A stretch of 64,000 nt of DNA, from NCBI GenBank assembly GCA_001724265.1, contig MEDY01000006.1, positions 1 to 64,000 on the forward strand, written 5' to 3'. Positions 12,737 to 25,299 of this stretch are shown piece after piece; positions within the stretch are counted from its first letter, which is position 1, and each line of letters begins with the position of its first letter. The position numbers were made by a program, and so were the translations under genes. The DNA is from Rhizaria sp. SCN 62-66. Its lineage: Eukaryota. A model generated the notes under the pieces. That model was not told the origin of the DNA and ran no database searches. It saw nothing but the letters and a program-made list of their open reading frames with translations.

Positions 12737-14780
12737 ATGTTCGCCCGTGACTCCTCCATTACTGCTTACCATGGCTACCATGACGAGAACTCTGCCCTCC
12801 CGCAGCGCTCCGTCGCAGCGACCAAGCCCGTCCCCGCCACCTCCTCTGCTGCGATGCAGAGCACCAAGGCTGGTTTCGCTCCTGCCCACGCCGAACCCCG
12901 CGCCTCGCTCGCTGCTTCGGCCTTCAAGCCGGTTTCCAACGCGCCTGCTGCGGGCCGCTCAAGCGCTGCCTTGCTGAGCATCAAGCCCCCCGTCGTGGCG
13001 GCCTCGATCAGTCCCCCCATCTCGTCTGCCGCTGCCACTGCCAGTGACTCCTGCTCCGACTCCGCCACCGCTGCCGCCGCGTCGTCAGTCGAGGACGTCT
13101 TCTGCGCCGCCGTGGCCACCGCGACGGCCGAGCGCGGTGTGATCTCCTTGCTCTCGCTGTACGACGCCGCCGTGGCCGTGGACCCCGCGTCGATCCTGCC
13201 CTCGGCCGCCGCCCCCTCCGCGCCCGGCGCCGCGCCGCTGCTCTCCGCGCGCGCCGCCGGCGTCCCCGCGCTCGCGCACTCTCTGTCGCTCTCCTCCGCC
13301 AAGCGCGCCGCCGCATCTGCCGGCAGCAGTGCCGCAGCCACGGCCGATTTTGCCGATGCGACGCTGCAGTCTCAGTTCGCCACCCTCCGCAGCCACGTAC
13401 TCGCCGCGCCCCACGCCGCGCGCTTCGAGCCCGCGGTCGCGGCCGCCCCCGCCGCCGCCCCCGCCTCGCTCCCGGCCTCCGAGGCCGCCCCGCGCCCCGG
13501 CGTGCACACCCGTAGCAGCAGCGGCCTCATCAGTGTGAGCGCGTCCCCCGCGAGCGCGTCGACCACAGGCGCCGGCGCCGACGCCGTGGCCTCGAACCCC
13601 CTCTGTGCCGCCGCGCGCGCAGTGACGCTGGCGTCGGCGCTGTCTGAGCTGGACCAGTTGCACGCCAACGCGGGTCGCCACAGCCTCGACGCGGCCTACT
13701 TTACGCGCCAGCCGCTCGTCACGGACTCGATGCGAGAGATCCTGCTTGACTGGCTCGTCGATGTCCACCTTAAGTTCAAGATGAACCCTCTCACTTTCCA
13801 CATCGCCGCCGCGCTGCTGGACCGCTTCCTCTCTACCGCGCCCGTCGCCGTGTCGTCGGATGAGCTCCAGCTTGTCGGCTGCGCGTGCCTCTGCGTCGCC
13901 GGCAAGTACGAAGAGGTCCGCGCGCCCGTGCTGCGCGACTACCGCTGGGTCACCGACTACTCCTTCACTAAGAAGGAGCTCCAGGACATGGAGGCTCGCG
14001 TTCTCGCCACATTGTCCTTTGACCTGGGCTCCACGCCCACCGTGCTCGCCTACTGCAACCAGTACCTCCGCATCTACGAATGCACGACACAAAACGACCT
14101 GGCGCAGACCCTCGCCGCCGCCTCTGGCGCTACTGTCCCTAACTCAAACGCCGACAACGTCAACAACAGTAGCAGCTCCGCGTCGCTCGAGCGCCTCCGC
14201 GCCGACCGTCTTCGCCGCTCCGTCGAGTACGTCAGCGAGTGTCTGATCCAGACCGTGTCGCACCTTACCTTCCCGCCGCACCTCATCGCCGCCGCGGCCG
14301 TGTCGCTGGCGCTCGACATGAACCGCCACGAGCACGCGCAGTCGTGGACGCTCGCTCTCAGCGTCCTCACGGGCGTCTCCGTTGCCGCCGCCGCGCCCGC
14401 AGTGGCTTTCGCGCGCGCCTGGCTCGCCCGCATGACGCACAGCCGCAAGCTCACAGCCACCCGCGACAAGTACGCGGCCCCGGCGTTCCTCTCAGTTGCG
14501 CGCCTAACGCCCACGACGGACGCGACCTTTGCTATTGCCACCGCCAAGGCGCTGCAGACGGCGCTGGCCGTCATGGGCGTCACCACCGTTGCCGCCGCGC
14601 TTGCGGGCTCGCTCCGCGCCGGCGCCGTCGCCGCTGTGGCCGTCACCGCGGGGCGCGCGGTCGCTGCGGGCCACGGCGCGCGTTGCGGCGGCAAAGAGTA
14701 CCGCGCGCGCCTGTGTCTCGCGCCGGCCGCGGCCTACGCAGTCGACGCGCCCGCGCAGATGCGCTCGCCAATCGGCCGCG

Positions 14781-14811
<31 letters not shown>

Positions 14812-15331
14812 TGCTGCTGGGCGGCCGCGGTCCCCCGCGCCCTCGGCCGCGGGCGGGTCGAACCGCCGGTTCAAGCCCGCCGCGGGCTACGGCGCCGTGG
14901 CCTCCGACGACGACGACGACTGCGACGGCGGCAACAACAGCGGCAAGGGCAGCGCCAAGCCCCGCGGCTGGCGCCAGGAGGCCGAGGAAGACGCCGACGT
15001 GCTACTGCACCCCCCGGCCCGCGCCGCGCAGCCCCACGTCTCCGGCGCCGGCGTGACCGTGGGCTCCGGGCTGGTCTGCCGGCCGGCGCTGACTGTGGTC
15101 GCGTGGGTCACCGAGGACGCGCTGCTCTCCCTGCCCCGCGGGCTCGGCGGCGGCGCGCTCGACGCGTTTGCGGCCGCCGGGCCCGCCGCGACCAACGGCA
15201 GCGGCAAGGCGGCGGCGGCGGCGGCGAGTGCGCCGGGCAAGAGCGGCAAGGCGGGCGCTGCGGCGGGCGCGATTGCTGGCAACGGGAAGAAGGACGGCAA
15301 GAGAGGCGAGAAGTCGTGTGTTGTTATGTAA
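12737..15331 (+). CDS. A/B-type cyclin with a C-terminal extension ending in a CaaX motif
   Basis: Cyclin box MREILLDWLVDVHLKFKM...LLDRFLS...LQLVGCACLCVAGKYEE...MEARVLATLSFDL; C-terminal fold region FPPHLIAAAAV and RDKY. Intronless; ends TAA. Confidence 0.92.
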
Positions 15332-16200
15332 ACAACGACGTCATGCAGTATGATACTAGTCTAGTATAAACACATCATGCGACGATGGCACGATGAATCG
15401 AGTGCTTTGAGTGGTTGCGTCCAGTGTACAATGTGCGAGGTGGTGGTGTGTGTTAATGACAGTGAAGAGTGTAAAGCTGACTTGGTTTTGTGCGTGTGGG
15501 ATACTCAGTGCGTTTGGACTGGCTGTGGAAGCGACCGAAATGCGCTGCAGAGAGAGGAAACCAACAGCATGCTGTCAAGAAATTTGTGTTTAAAGTGTTT
15601 AATCTGTCTGTTTATAGTCCGTTTTTAACAAGTTGCAAAGAGCCTTTGATTTGCTCTTACACAGAAAATAATTTTCCTGAGATTCAGGCTTAAAGAAATA
15701 CAAAATATGAACATTCAACGTAGATAATCCGAATAACAATGAACTATTAAGTTATACTTGTGAACTTTCATCTGCATTTTCTGAAACTACTTGTTTTTGC
15801 GGTTCAGTTATGGATAGTTGAACATGATTTTTATTGATATGACGGGAAAAACGTATATTTCCACTGAACTTATGTGCCTGATGTTAAAATCAAAATATTT
15901 AAATATAAAAATTAGTTCATGTCTAGAGTTTAAAATTTAGTTGCAATCAGGGTGATGTCGTCGAGAAAATCTTGTTTATATTGATTTTAAGACAAATTTT
16001 AAGTGAGAGACATGATGGAACATCAAGCGAGTCTTTGTATTTCTCTTAATTATCGCATGATATTAATAAAAAAACTGTTTCGCATGGAAACACCAGAGTA
16101 AATAATATTATCAATAAATAACCTTGTTCTCTATGATGTGAAAGTTGACGTCTCACACATTATAACAAGGCGCGTTTACGCTATCTGAAGTCGTAATCAC

Positions 16201-19143
16201 TTAGGCGCTCGTACTAACCTTGTTCACACCTTCGTTTGCACTTGCACTGAGATCAGGAACAACTTCGACCGGAGCGGTCGCAGCAGCGAGCTTTTTGGCC
16301 TCTTCCTTCTTGGCCTTGAAGAACGCCACCTTCTCCTGCTCCTTGGCCTTTTCCTCCGCGGCCTCGACGCTGTTCTTGCGCGCCCGGCGGATCCACTGCA
16401 GCAGCGATAGCACGCCCGACGGCGTCACGCCGGGGATCGCGGCCGCCTCACCGATCGTCGCAGGGCGGCGCGTGGCCAACTTCTCCCGCTCCTCGTTCGA
16501 CAGCGAAGCCACGTCCGCGTAGTCCATATCACGGGGCACGTGGACGACGTGGTCGACACGCATGCGCTTCACCTCAGCGATCTGCCGCTTGATCGCGGGG
16601 CTGTAGCTCGCCTCGACCTCGACCTGGTACTGCACGTCCTTGGGCACACCGGCGAGGACTTCGGCAGGCAGCGCGGCGGCGACCGAATCCCAGCCGACCT
16701 GCCCGCTGGCCAGGACGTCGATCGCGGACCGGCGCACGCTGTCGGTGACGACCAGTCCCGTCGCAGTCTGCCACTGCGCGCCCGTGAGCGTGAAGCCGGC
16801 CAGTGCGTCATGCGTCTTGGCCACAAGCTCGCGCTTTTTCAGGAACCGTCCCAGGCGCTCTGGCGTGACGAGACCGGCGCGTGTGTGGGCCTTGGCGGTG
16901 AGCCGCATGTCCGCGTTGTCGGCGCGCAGCAGCAGGCGGTACTCGCAGCGCGCCGTGAACATGCGGTACGGCTCCTTGGTGCCGAGCGTGGTAAGATCGT
17001 TGATCATCACGCCGGTGTAACCGTCCGCGCGGTCCAGCGTGAAGGGCGTGTAGCCGACGTTGTTGAGCGCGCGCGATGGCAGACACGGGTCCTCGCGCCC
17101 GCTGACGCTGCGCCGGCCCGTCCGCTCCTCGCACCAGGGCCCCGCGTTGACTGGCAGCCGCGGGACTGGGACACCGGCCTCGCGCGCGGCGCGGGCGCTG
17201 AGGCCGGCGTTGGCGCCGGCAATAACGCCCTGCGCACCGGCCTCCTCGTAGCCCGTGGTGCCGTTGATCTGGCCCGCCATGAAGAGCCCGCGCACGCGGC
17301 GCGACTCAAGCGCGGGCGTCATCTGCCGCGGGTCGATGTAGTCGTACTCGACGGCGTAACCGGGGCGGATCATCGCGACCTTCTCGAGGCCGGGGATCGT
17401 GCGCAGGATCTCCTCCTGCTCGCGCGGCGGGAACGCCGTGTTGATGCCCTGCGGGTACACCGTGTGGTCTGTGAAGCCCTCGGGCTCGAGCCACACGCGG
17501 TGCATGTCGCGGTCCGGGAAGCGCCGCACCTTGCCCTCGAGCGAAACGCAGTAGCGCGGGCCGCGGCCCTTGCCTTCGTTGCCCTCAAAGGACGGCAGCA
17601 AGTGCATGTAGTCGCGGCACTTGGCGTGAGTCGCGGCGACCGTCGCCGTGATGTGCGTAGCCATGAGCCGCGGCAGCAGCTCCGGCTTGACCGAGTCGTG
17701 CATGTATGAAAACGGCTCGGGCGGGTTGTCGCCCCACTCCTCCTGCAGGCCAGTGTAGTTGATCGTGCGCGCGTCGAGACGGGGCGGAGTGCCCGTGGTC
17801 ATGCGTCCCAGTCGCATCCCCGCCCGCTCCATAGTAAGCGCGAGCCCCACGGCAGCCCTGTCGCCGAAGCGGCCGCCCAGCACGCGCGTGTGCGGCCCCA
17901 CGTGCAACACGGCGCGCAGAAACGTCCCCGTGGTGAGGATGAGGTGGTGGCAAGCGATCACCGCGCCGCACGCCGTGCGCACGCCCGCAATGGTGGGCTT
18001 GGGCCGGCCCGCGGCCTCGTCGTCGCGCAACCGCGCCAGCCAGGCGTCGTCGAGCGCGGGGTCGCCGGTGAGCTGGAAGCGCGACGGCACGCGCGCGGCC
18101 TCCTCGGCGCTGGGCAGGTCGTTCATCAGCACGTCCTCGACGCTGGCCTCAATGACCGTGAGGTTCGGCGTGGCGAGCATCTCACGCTGCATCGCCGCCG
18201 CGTAGAGCCCGCGGTCGATCTGCGCGCGCGGGCCGTGCACCGCGGGCCCGCGAGAGCGGTTGAGCATCTTGTACTGGAGCCCGGACTCGTCGCAGAGGCG
18301 GCCCATGACGCCCTCCATGGCGTCGATCTCGCGGATCAGAGTGCCCTTGCCCACGCCGCCCATCGACGGGTTGCACGACATCGCGCCCACAGTCGCGAAC
18401 CGGTGCGTCACAAGCGCCGTGCGCGCGCCCGAGCGCGCGGCGGCCGCGGCGGCCTCGCAGCCGGCGTGTCCGCCGCCGACGACGATGACTTCGAAGCCCT
18501 CGGGAAAGCCGCCGGGGGGGATGGCGACCGACGGCGGGGCAGCGCCGGGGCCGGAGGCGGAAGAAATAACGCTGCCGTCGAGACCGACTGTGGGGAATGC
18601 GATATCAGGCGCAGAGGCGGAGGCCGTGACACTCGCACTGCTGGTGCTTGCTCTCGAGCCCGCGCTGCTGTCCGCATTGTTGCTGTTGCCGGGGAAGCAG
18701 GTGGCTGAGAAGTTAAAGATTGGCGCAGCTGTGCCGTCGTTCATCGTAGCATTAGCAGCGGCCGCAGCAGCCGCATTATCAGCCGCAGTCTTGATGGGGG
18801 CAGCGGTCGAAGCGAGCGAAGTGGCTCCCTCGGGAACGGAGGCCTCCAGGAAGGTGCGAGTCCAGGGGTCGAGGTTGGGGTCCTGCAGCGTAGCGATCAC
18901 GTCCTCCTTAGACTCGAGCGTGGTCTTCGGGCCCGCGGGGGTTGCAGCAGCAGCCGCAGCGACGGCGGGCGCAGGGACGGCGGCGGGCGCGGCCGGCTCA
19001 GGCACATTGGAGGAGTTCGAGACGGACTGCGAAGGCCAGCGAGGGGCGTTGTAAGGCAGGGCCGGGCCTTGCAGGGAGCGTGTAAGAAAAGCCGCGCGGG
19101 AAGCCGCACGGGCGACGCCCGGAATGCGGCTTGCCAACGACAT
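16201..19143 (-). CDS. MTO1: Mitochondrial tRNA U34 modification enzyme MTO1 (GidA/MnmG family)
   Basis: [17 protein letters not shown]-binding motif, [70 protein letters not shown]. Arg/Ala-rich presequence-like N terminus. Ends TAA. Confidence 0.96.
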   Translation of the reverse strand: MSLASRIPGVARAASRAAFLTRSLQGPALPYNAPRWPSQSVSNSSNVPEPAAPAAVPAPAVAAAAAATPAGPKTTLESKEDVIATLQDPNLDPWTRTFLEASVPEGATSLASTAAPIKTAADNAAAAAAANATMNDGTAAPIFNFSATCFPGNSNNADSSAGSRASTSSASVTASASAPDIAFPTVGLDGSVISSASGPGAAPPSVAIPPGGFPEGFEVIVVGGGHAGCEAAAAAARSGARTALVTHRFATVGAMSCNPSMGGVGKGTLIREIDAMEGVMGRLCDESGLQYKMLNRSRGPAVHGPRAQIDRGLYAAAMQREMLATPNLTVIEASVEDVLMNDLPSAEEAARVPSRFQLTGDPALDDAWLARLRDDEAAGRPKPTIAGVRTACGAVIACHHLILTTGTFLRAVLHVGPHTRVLGGRFGDRAAVGLALTMERAGMRLGRMTTGTPPRLDARTINYTGLQEEWGDNPPEPFSYMHDSVKPELLPRLMATHITATVAATHAKCRDYMHLLPSFEGNEGKGRGPRYCVSLEGKVRRFPDRDMHRVWLEPEGFTDHTVYPQGINTAFPPREQEEILRTIPGLEKVAMIRPGYAVEYDYIDPRQMTPALESRRVRGLFMAGQINGTTGYEEAGAQGVIAGANAGLSARAAREAGVPVPRLPVNAGPWCEERTGRRSVSGREDPCLPSRALNNVGYTPFTLDRADGYTGVMINDLTTLGTKEPYRMFTARCEYRLLLRADNADMRLTAKAHTRAGLVTPERLGRFLKKRELVAKTHDALAGFTLTGAQWQTATGLVVTDSVRRSAIDVLASGQVGWDSVAAALPAEVLAGVPKDVQYQVEVEASYSPAIKRQIAEVKRMRVDHVVHVPRDMDYADVASLSNEEREKLATRRPATIGEAAAIPGVTPSGVLSLLQWIRRARKNSVEAAEEKAKEQEKVAFFKAKKEEAKKLAAATAPVEVVPDLSASANEGVNKVSTSA

Positions 19144-19392
19144 GTGGCGCTAGGGACGCGATTTGCGAAGAAAGATAGCGGTGATTGAGAACAAGCGTGA
19201 ATCGGGGATGCGTGCAGAGGGGCATGTTCGATTTTTGAGCAAGTGGTTAAATGCGATATAGTTACAAAATACCGCGCTTTTTCAGAATATCACGTTTTTA
19301 ATTCCATATTACGACGAAAGTAGGCGACATGAACGCCCGAAAAACGTCCCCATTGACGTCCTCGGTCCGAGCTAGACGCTCAAGGGAGGCAG

Positions 19393-19419
19393 AGTGACTG
19401 TGGTCGGCCCACGGTCACT
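19393..19419. promoter_or_regulatory. Imperfect palindrome in the MTO1/CDK divergent spacer containing two inverted CCAC(A/G)GTC motifs
   Basis: AGTGACTGTGG-TCGGC-CCACGGTCACT; 11-bp arms with one mismatch. Function is inferred from position only. Confidence 0.45.
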
Positions 19420-19539
19420 AGCCGTTGGAGGAGGGCCAGTGCGGTCTAGGACCGCCAGGCGGCCAGCGAGAGAGGAAAAAGTGAAGAGCCGTTTGTTGCG
19501 TTTGTGATAACTGCGTTCTTCCGCGAGACAATTGCAAGA

Positions 19540-20999
19540 ATGAGTCAGAATCAAGACCCTTTGGCACGTTATACGCGCCTTAGCAAGCTTGGCGAGGGAA
19601 CTTATGGCGTTGTGTACAAGGCCCAAGATCTCGGTACGTCTCGTCCCTAGTGGCGCTCCCGGTCCACCATTTATTACCCTCTTTCTCACAGTGTATACAT
19701 CGGGTTTCGCGTATTAACCTCCATATTTTCAGATACATGCGTTTAAGTTATGGAAGAATCTGCGCGTGTTGCAGACTTTTGCGGCCGTTTTCATCCTCCT
19801 GATGGACTTGCCTCTCAGCTTACCCCAGCTAACCTTGCCCACCTCTCCCACCTCGTCCTCCTTTGTGCCCCTGTAGTGACCGGCGAGTTCGTCGCCATGA
19901 AGAAGATCCGCCTCGAGCACGAGGACGAGGGTGTCCCCAGCACTGCCATTCGTGAGATTTCCCTTCTCAAGGAGCTCCAGCACGCCAACATCGTCAGGTT
20001 CGTCCCTACGCCGTCACCCCAATGACTCTCCTCCGAGGCACTTGCATCACATTTTCACCCTCATTTGCTCACTTCTGACTCTTCCGCGTCTGTATAAACT
20101 TTGTACCGCATAGCCTCCGCGACGTTGTTCACCACGACGCCAAGCTCTACCTTGTCTTCGAGTTCCTTGACCAGGACTTGAAGAAGTACATGGACTTCGT
20201 CGGCAAGGCGCTCCCCCCTCTTCTCGTTAAGGTACGCATCTTAATCACCACTAATCTGATCTCAATCGCAAATATATTTTGCCACCACATAGTATTACAC
20301 GTGTTAACTCTATTATACTTGTTTTTGCTTTGATTCACCTCACAGTCGTACCTGCACCAGATGCTCAAAGGCCTCGCCTTCTGCCACGCCCACCGCGTCC
20401 TGCACCGCGACATCAAGCCGCAGAATCTGCTCATCGACCAGCGCGGCGCCCTCAAGCTCGCCGACTTCGGCCTGGCCCGCGCCTTCGGCGTCCCCGTCCG
20501 CACGTACACCCACGAGGTCGTGACGCTGTGGTACCGCGCCCCCGAGATCCTCCTAGGCGGCAAGCAGTACTCGACGCCCGTCGACGTGTGGTCCGTCGGC
20601 TGCGTCTTCGCCGAGATGGTCACGCGCACGCCGCTCTTCCCGGGCGACTCCGAGATTGACCAGCTCTACAAGACCTTCCAGATCCTCGGCACGCCCAACG
20701 AGTCGCTGTGGCCCGGCGTGTCGCAGCTGCCCGACTACAAGGCCACCTTCCCCAAGTGGGCCCCCAAGGACCTCGCGGCCTCCGTCCCCGGGCTCTGCGC
20801 CGACGGCCTCGACCTGCTGCGCCGCATGCTTGCGTACGAGCCCGCGCAGCGCATTTCGGCGCGCGAAGCGCTGAACCACCCGTATTTCAAGGAGCTCAAC
20901 CAGCACCGCGAGCAGCAGCAGCAGGCGCAGCAGGCGCAGATGCAGCAACAGCAGCAGCAGCAGCAGCAGGCGCAGCAGGTCCAGCAGGCCCAGCAGTAA
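19540..20999 (+). CDS. CDK1: Cyclin-dependent kinase, PSTAIRE type (CDK1/CDK2/CDKA) with polyQ tail. Exons 19540-19633, 19877-19997, 20114-20231, 20346-20999
   Basis: Spliced translation gives [91 protein letters not shown]. Three GT-AG introns preserve frame. Ends TAA. Confidence 0.96.
20903..20996 (+). repeat. CAG-rich polyglutamine-encoding tract at the CDK C terminus
   Basis: Encodes ...[29 protein letters not shown] before TAA. Confidence 0.9.
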
Positions 21000-21953
21000 G
21001 CGACATGCAGGAAGAAGTTGACGGGGAACAACGAGTAACACACAATATAGGTCAAGAACGCGCTTGTAATTTGTAATGAACAACGCGCATGCGCAACAGT
21101 GACACTGTGGCACACATAAGTGCATGGTACTCATCAGCTCAGTGCATGGTACTCCTCAGTTCGAAAATCATTCCATCTTGGTTTTCAGCTGATGTTTTGC
21201 ATTTCTTGCAGTTTTTTTTTTTGTGTTGTGCCATGTTTGTTGTAAGCCTGTTTGATCCGGTCCAGATGATCCATGTGATCGTTAGTTTTGCTTATCCATA
21301 CTGAGCCTTTTGGCCCCCCCCCGCTGAGCATTGCCTTGCTTAGCTTTGCTTATATCAAGCTTCGTCAATCATACTAGTCTCGCGTTAGTATGTTCTAGTG
21401 TGTCTAGTGTTGATTTGAGACTCACCTCATTGCGTTGCCGTTTTCACACGAGCAACGCACGAGAGCGAGAGAGATATAGAGAGAGCCCATTAAGAGCCTC
21501 TCCGTTGTGCTCTGTAGCTGTATAGATGGCTTTAGTGACGTCTATCCGAGACAGAACCCCGCACAACAACAGTAACAACCAGTACGATTGGTGCACATGA
21601 TGCAACTGTGACACGCGCAGAATATATGCGGGTCCCCACAGTACTTGCTTTGCTTTTTGTTATTGTCTTGAGTATTACAATAGTTTTTAGCAGATTTTTG
21701 TGTCGTGCAGTAAAACAATTTCAGAATCAGAATAAAAAAACGTTTTAACAGCAATGAGTTGACAAAATAACTACGTGTATTCCTGATAATATTAACAAAC
21801 TAGAACAAGCTATATTCAAATATGGAGATGCTATACGGCCAGAGATAGCAAACCAAAAGCCAATGGCCCAATAAGAGCACATTTGCACCAACACGCGAAA
21901 ACACACCACTGATGATGAGCTCTTTGTTGAGTGGTTTAGTTTCTGCAATGCGC

Positions 21954-24740
21954 TCACTGCATGTAGGTGCTAGCGCCCTTGGAAGTGCCCTTGTCGACCT
22001 TCTTGAGCGGAATGCCCGCGCGCTCGCGCATGACGGTGTCCGTGATCTTGGTGAACACGGCACCCGAAGACGCGTACTTGAGCTTGTCCTCCTTGACGCC
22101 GCGCTGCACAAGCTTGCTCTTGGTGGCCTTCTTGTACGTCTGGTTGAGGTCCTTGACCTCGATGCGCTGCTTGGCGTCCTCGTCGCCGGCCAGCGCGGCG
22201 CGCTTGTCGCGCTCGGCCTCGGTGTCGAAGTGCTTGCGCTTGGCGTCGCGGCGCTGCTTGCGCGCGGCCGTCTTCTCGTCGCGGGACTGTTCGTCGCGCA
22301 CCGCAAGAAGACCGTGGGACGCGGCCTGAGATGCAAGAGTAACAACAAATAACACAAAGCAGCAATGAAAGTGTGAGTTGACAGCATAAAAGATGAAGAA
22401 GCGAGCTTACATGTGAAATTAAAAATATCACCAACAGCGCACATTTAAAATGAAAGTCGCAACTGCACATCGGTAAATAGTTGTTTGAGATTATAGGCTG
22501 GATAATGGCACGTACCTGGAACACTTCCTGCGGCGCGGCGCGCTCCGCGGAGGACACAGCCATGGGCAGCACCTCCTCCATGGCGACTGCGGGCGTGCTC
22601 GACGTGACCTGGAGCTCCACGCCGCGGCCCTTGGGCGTGAAGTGGAAGTTGCTGAGCGCATCGAGCTTGTGGCATAACGCGCCGAAGAGCTGGCTGATCT
22701 CCTCGTGCGCCGCGTTGAGCTTCGACTCGACCTCGCCGGTGCCCTGTGTGGCGAGCTGGAGGTAGTCGCGCTCGTAGATCTCGGCAAGGCCGAACTGCGA
22801 CTTCTCCGCCGACACCTCCTCGCGCGGCTTGAACGCCTTCTCAGCGAGCGGGACGCGGGGCTGGACGTCATCCCAGGCGCCGTCCTTGCAGCGCTGGCGG
22901 ATGATGGCCTCGATCTCGTTCGTCACCTCCTCGGTGATGGCCTCGGTGGGGCGCGAGGCGTAGTCGACGACCAGATCCTTGCCCAGAAGCTCGTCCTTGC
23001 TACGCTTGTGCGCCTGTGGTTGACAGTTATTCATAATCAAACAACAGAGAAAACAATTCCATATGACGTGAGAAAAACACACGAAATCAAGTTAGAATAG
23101 TGAGATTTAATGAAATACCCGGGAAAAAGACCGAGTGAAATAGTTTTGTTTAATGCTTTGCGCAAACGTACCTGCGTCTCACCGACCATGTCCCACTTCT
23201 TGGGACCAACGAGCTCCTGCTCGATGGCCGCGATCTGGGCGGCCATGGCCTTCTGCTTCTTGCCGTAGGACGACAGCAGGTGGTCCGCAACGTGCTCCTT
23301 GTCGTCGATCTGCGCGAACTTAGTCGAGTCCTGCTCGTTGACGCCGTTGGGGTCGAACACACCCTCCTTCTTGCCCGTACTGCCGTTCTCCTTGCCGTCG
23401 TCGTCCTCGCCGTCGTCGTCGTCTTCGTCGTCGTCGTCGCCCATGAGCGAGCGGGCGACCGAGCGGAGCTTCTTCTGGCTGTGCTTGACCTCCTCCTCTT
23501 CCTCGTCCTCGTCAATCTCGCCGTCTTCGTCACTGTCGCCGCCGAGCGCGGAAAGGTAGGCCGCCTCGTTGTTGTCGGCGTCGCCCTCGTACATGCCGGC
23601 GAACGCGTCGTCGCCTTCCATGTCGCCCTCCAAGTCGCCCTCGCCCATAGCAGCGTCGAACTCGTCGAAGCCGGCCATCGCGTCCTCCTCCTCGTTCTCG
23701 GCGTCGTCATCACTGTCATGGGACTTGCTAGACTTGGACTTGTTGTTGACAGGAAGGAAGAAGTCATCGAACATGATGTCACCCGCGCCCTTAACGTCCT
23801 TGAAGTAGTTCACATCGTCCTCGTCATCGGCCTCGTCGTCCTCGTTCTCCCCGTTGCTGTCGTCCTCATCGGCCGAGAGGTCAGAGACGTCGCTGCCCGC
23901 CTCAGCCTTGAGCTCGCGGCGCCGTTGACGCTGCTCACGCTTCATCTGCAGGATGTCCTCGTCGGTGAACGGGACCTCCTCGCCGTCTGCGAAGGCCGCC
24001 TCGGCCTCACCCAGGTCCGCGAAGCGCTCCATGTCGGCGAAGTTGAAGAAGCCGTCGGCCTCGAGCGCCTCCACGGCCGCGCTTTTTTTCGCGGCCTTCT
24101 TGGCCGGCGCGGCGGCCTTGCCCTTCGCAGCGGCGGGCTTGGCAGCCGCCTTGGCCTTCGAGGCGGGCTTGGCGGCAGCAGCGGCGTCGGCTTTTCCGCC
24201 CTTGTTGCGGAGGCGCTTGACGGCGGCAGCCATGGCATCGTCACTGTCAACGTCGTCGTCGTCATCGTCGTCGTGCTCGGGGGTGCTCAAGTTCTTGCCT
24301 TTGGCAGCAGTAGCGGCGGCCTTAGCCTTGCTCTTGCTGTTGGCGCCGTCGTCCTCGTCGTCGGAGGACTGCTCGACGTAGCGCATGTAGCGGGAGAGCG
24401 CGCGCTCGCCGTTGGTTGCCACGGGGTCGACCCACAACTTGAGCTGCTCCCAAATCTGCTCAGAGTTGAACCCGTCAACGAGCAGCGTGGGCAGCGCCGA
24501 AGACACGGCCAGCGAGTGCGGCTCCACCTTGCGCGCCCAGTCGTAGAGCGAGCCGAGCGCGGCCGTGGCCTCGGTGGCAAGCTCGGGGTTGGGCTCGTAC
24601 AGCAGGTCGAGCGAGTCCGAGACCTTGGCGACGATGGCGTCAACGGCGTCAAGCGCGGTCTTCGGGGCGGCCTTCACGGCCGAGGTGCTGGCTGCGGAGG
24701 CAGTGCGGGCGCCGGCGGAGGCCGACTTGCGCGGGGGCAT
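21954..24740 (-). CDS. MPP10: U3 snoRNP / SSU processome protein Mpp10. Exons 24740-23172, 23013-22516, 22325-21954
   Basis: LLVDGFNSEQIWEQL, acidic middle with DGFFNFADMERF, KKWDMVGE, ITEEVTNEIEAIIRQR...WDDV, SQFGLAEIYE, KLDALSNFHFTPK, AVAMEEVLP, SSGAVFTKI. Both introns GTACGT...CAG. Ends TGA. Confidence 0.93.
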
Positions 24741-25299
24741 CGGAAATGCGGATCTGCGAAAACGCGGTCTGGGCAAAGGGTTTAGGGGGTCTTGGGAGGA
24801 GCTGGAGAGAGACCTATGCAGGAGCAAGAGAAGAAATAAAGTCAATAATAGATACCCGATAAAAAAATTTCTTCGGTAAGCCGCACTAAAAATGTTCTGG
24901 CGATGGAATTGTGAAGCAATTAACGATTGACGGAGTGGCTGCGGGGCGGTGCTCTTGTCTCACTTCTCGGTCGACCGCTCGACGATTTTTTCGGTCCACC
25001 GGCAGATCTTCAGCAGTTGGCTGTCCAAGTTTAGTTGCCACCATTATGTTTAGGTCTGTACTTTGCCAGACAGTCGTTATTGATGAGTTATGCAGATTGA
25101 TACCGCATGTTTAACTTACACTACTTTGTGATTCACCTGAATAATTTCTATTGACGATCAGTTTCTTCCACACCAACCAGATTCTAACGTGCGTTGAAGC
25201 TCTCGTTTGTCCCCGCTTCTCGACCTCTCTGTCACGCGGCTACCCGATCTTCCTCGCCTCTGCTCGCCTCTCTTGGTGCTTGGCCACCTTGAGCCGCCC

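Noticed and set aside
6410-19143. Bacterial origin or contamination suggested by intronless SUA5 and GidA-like genes
   Set aside because: Both are standard eukaryotic genes, show the host-style low-complexity extensions and sit among spliced genes.
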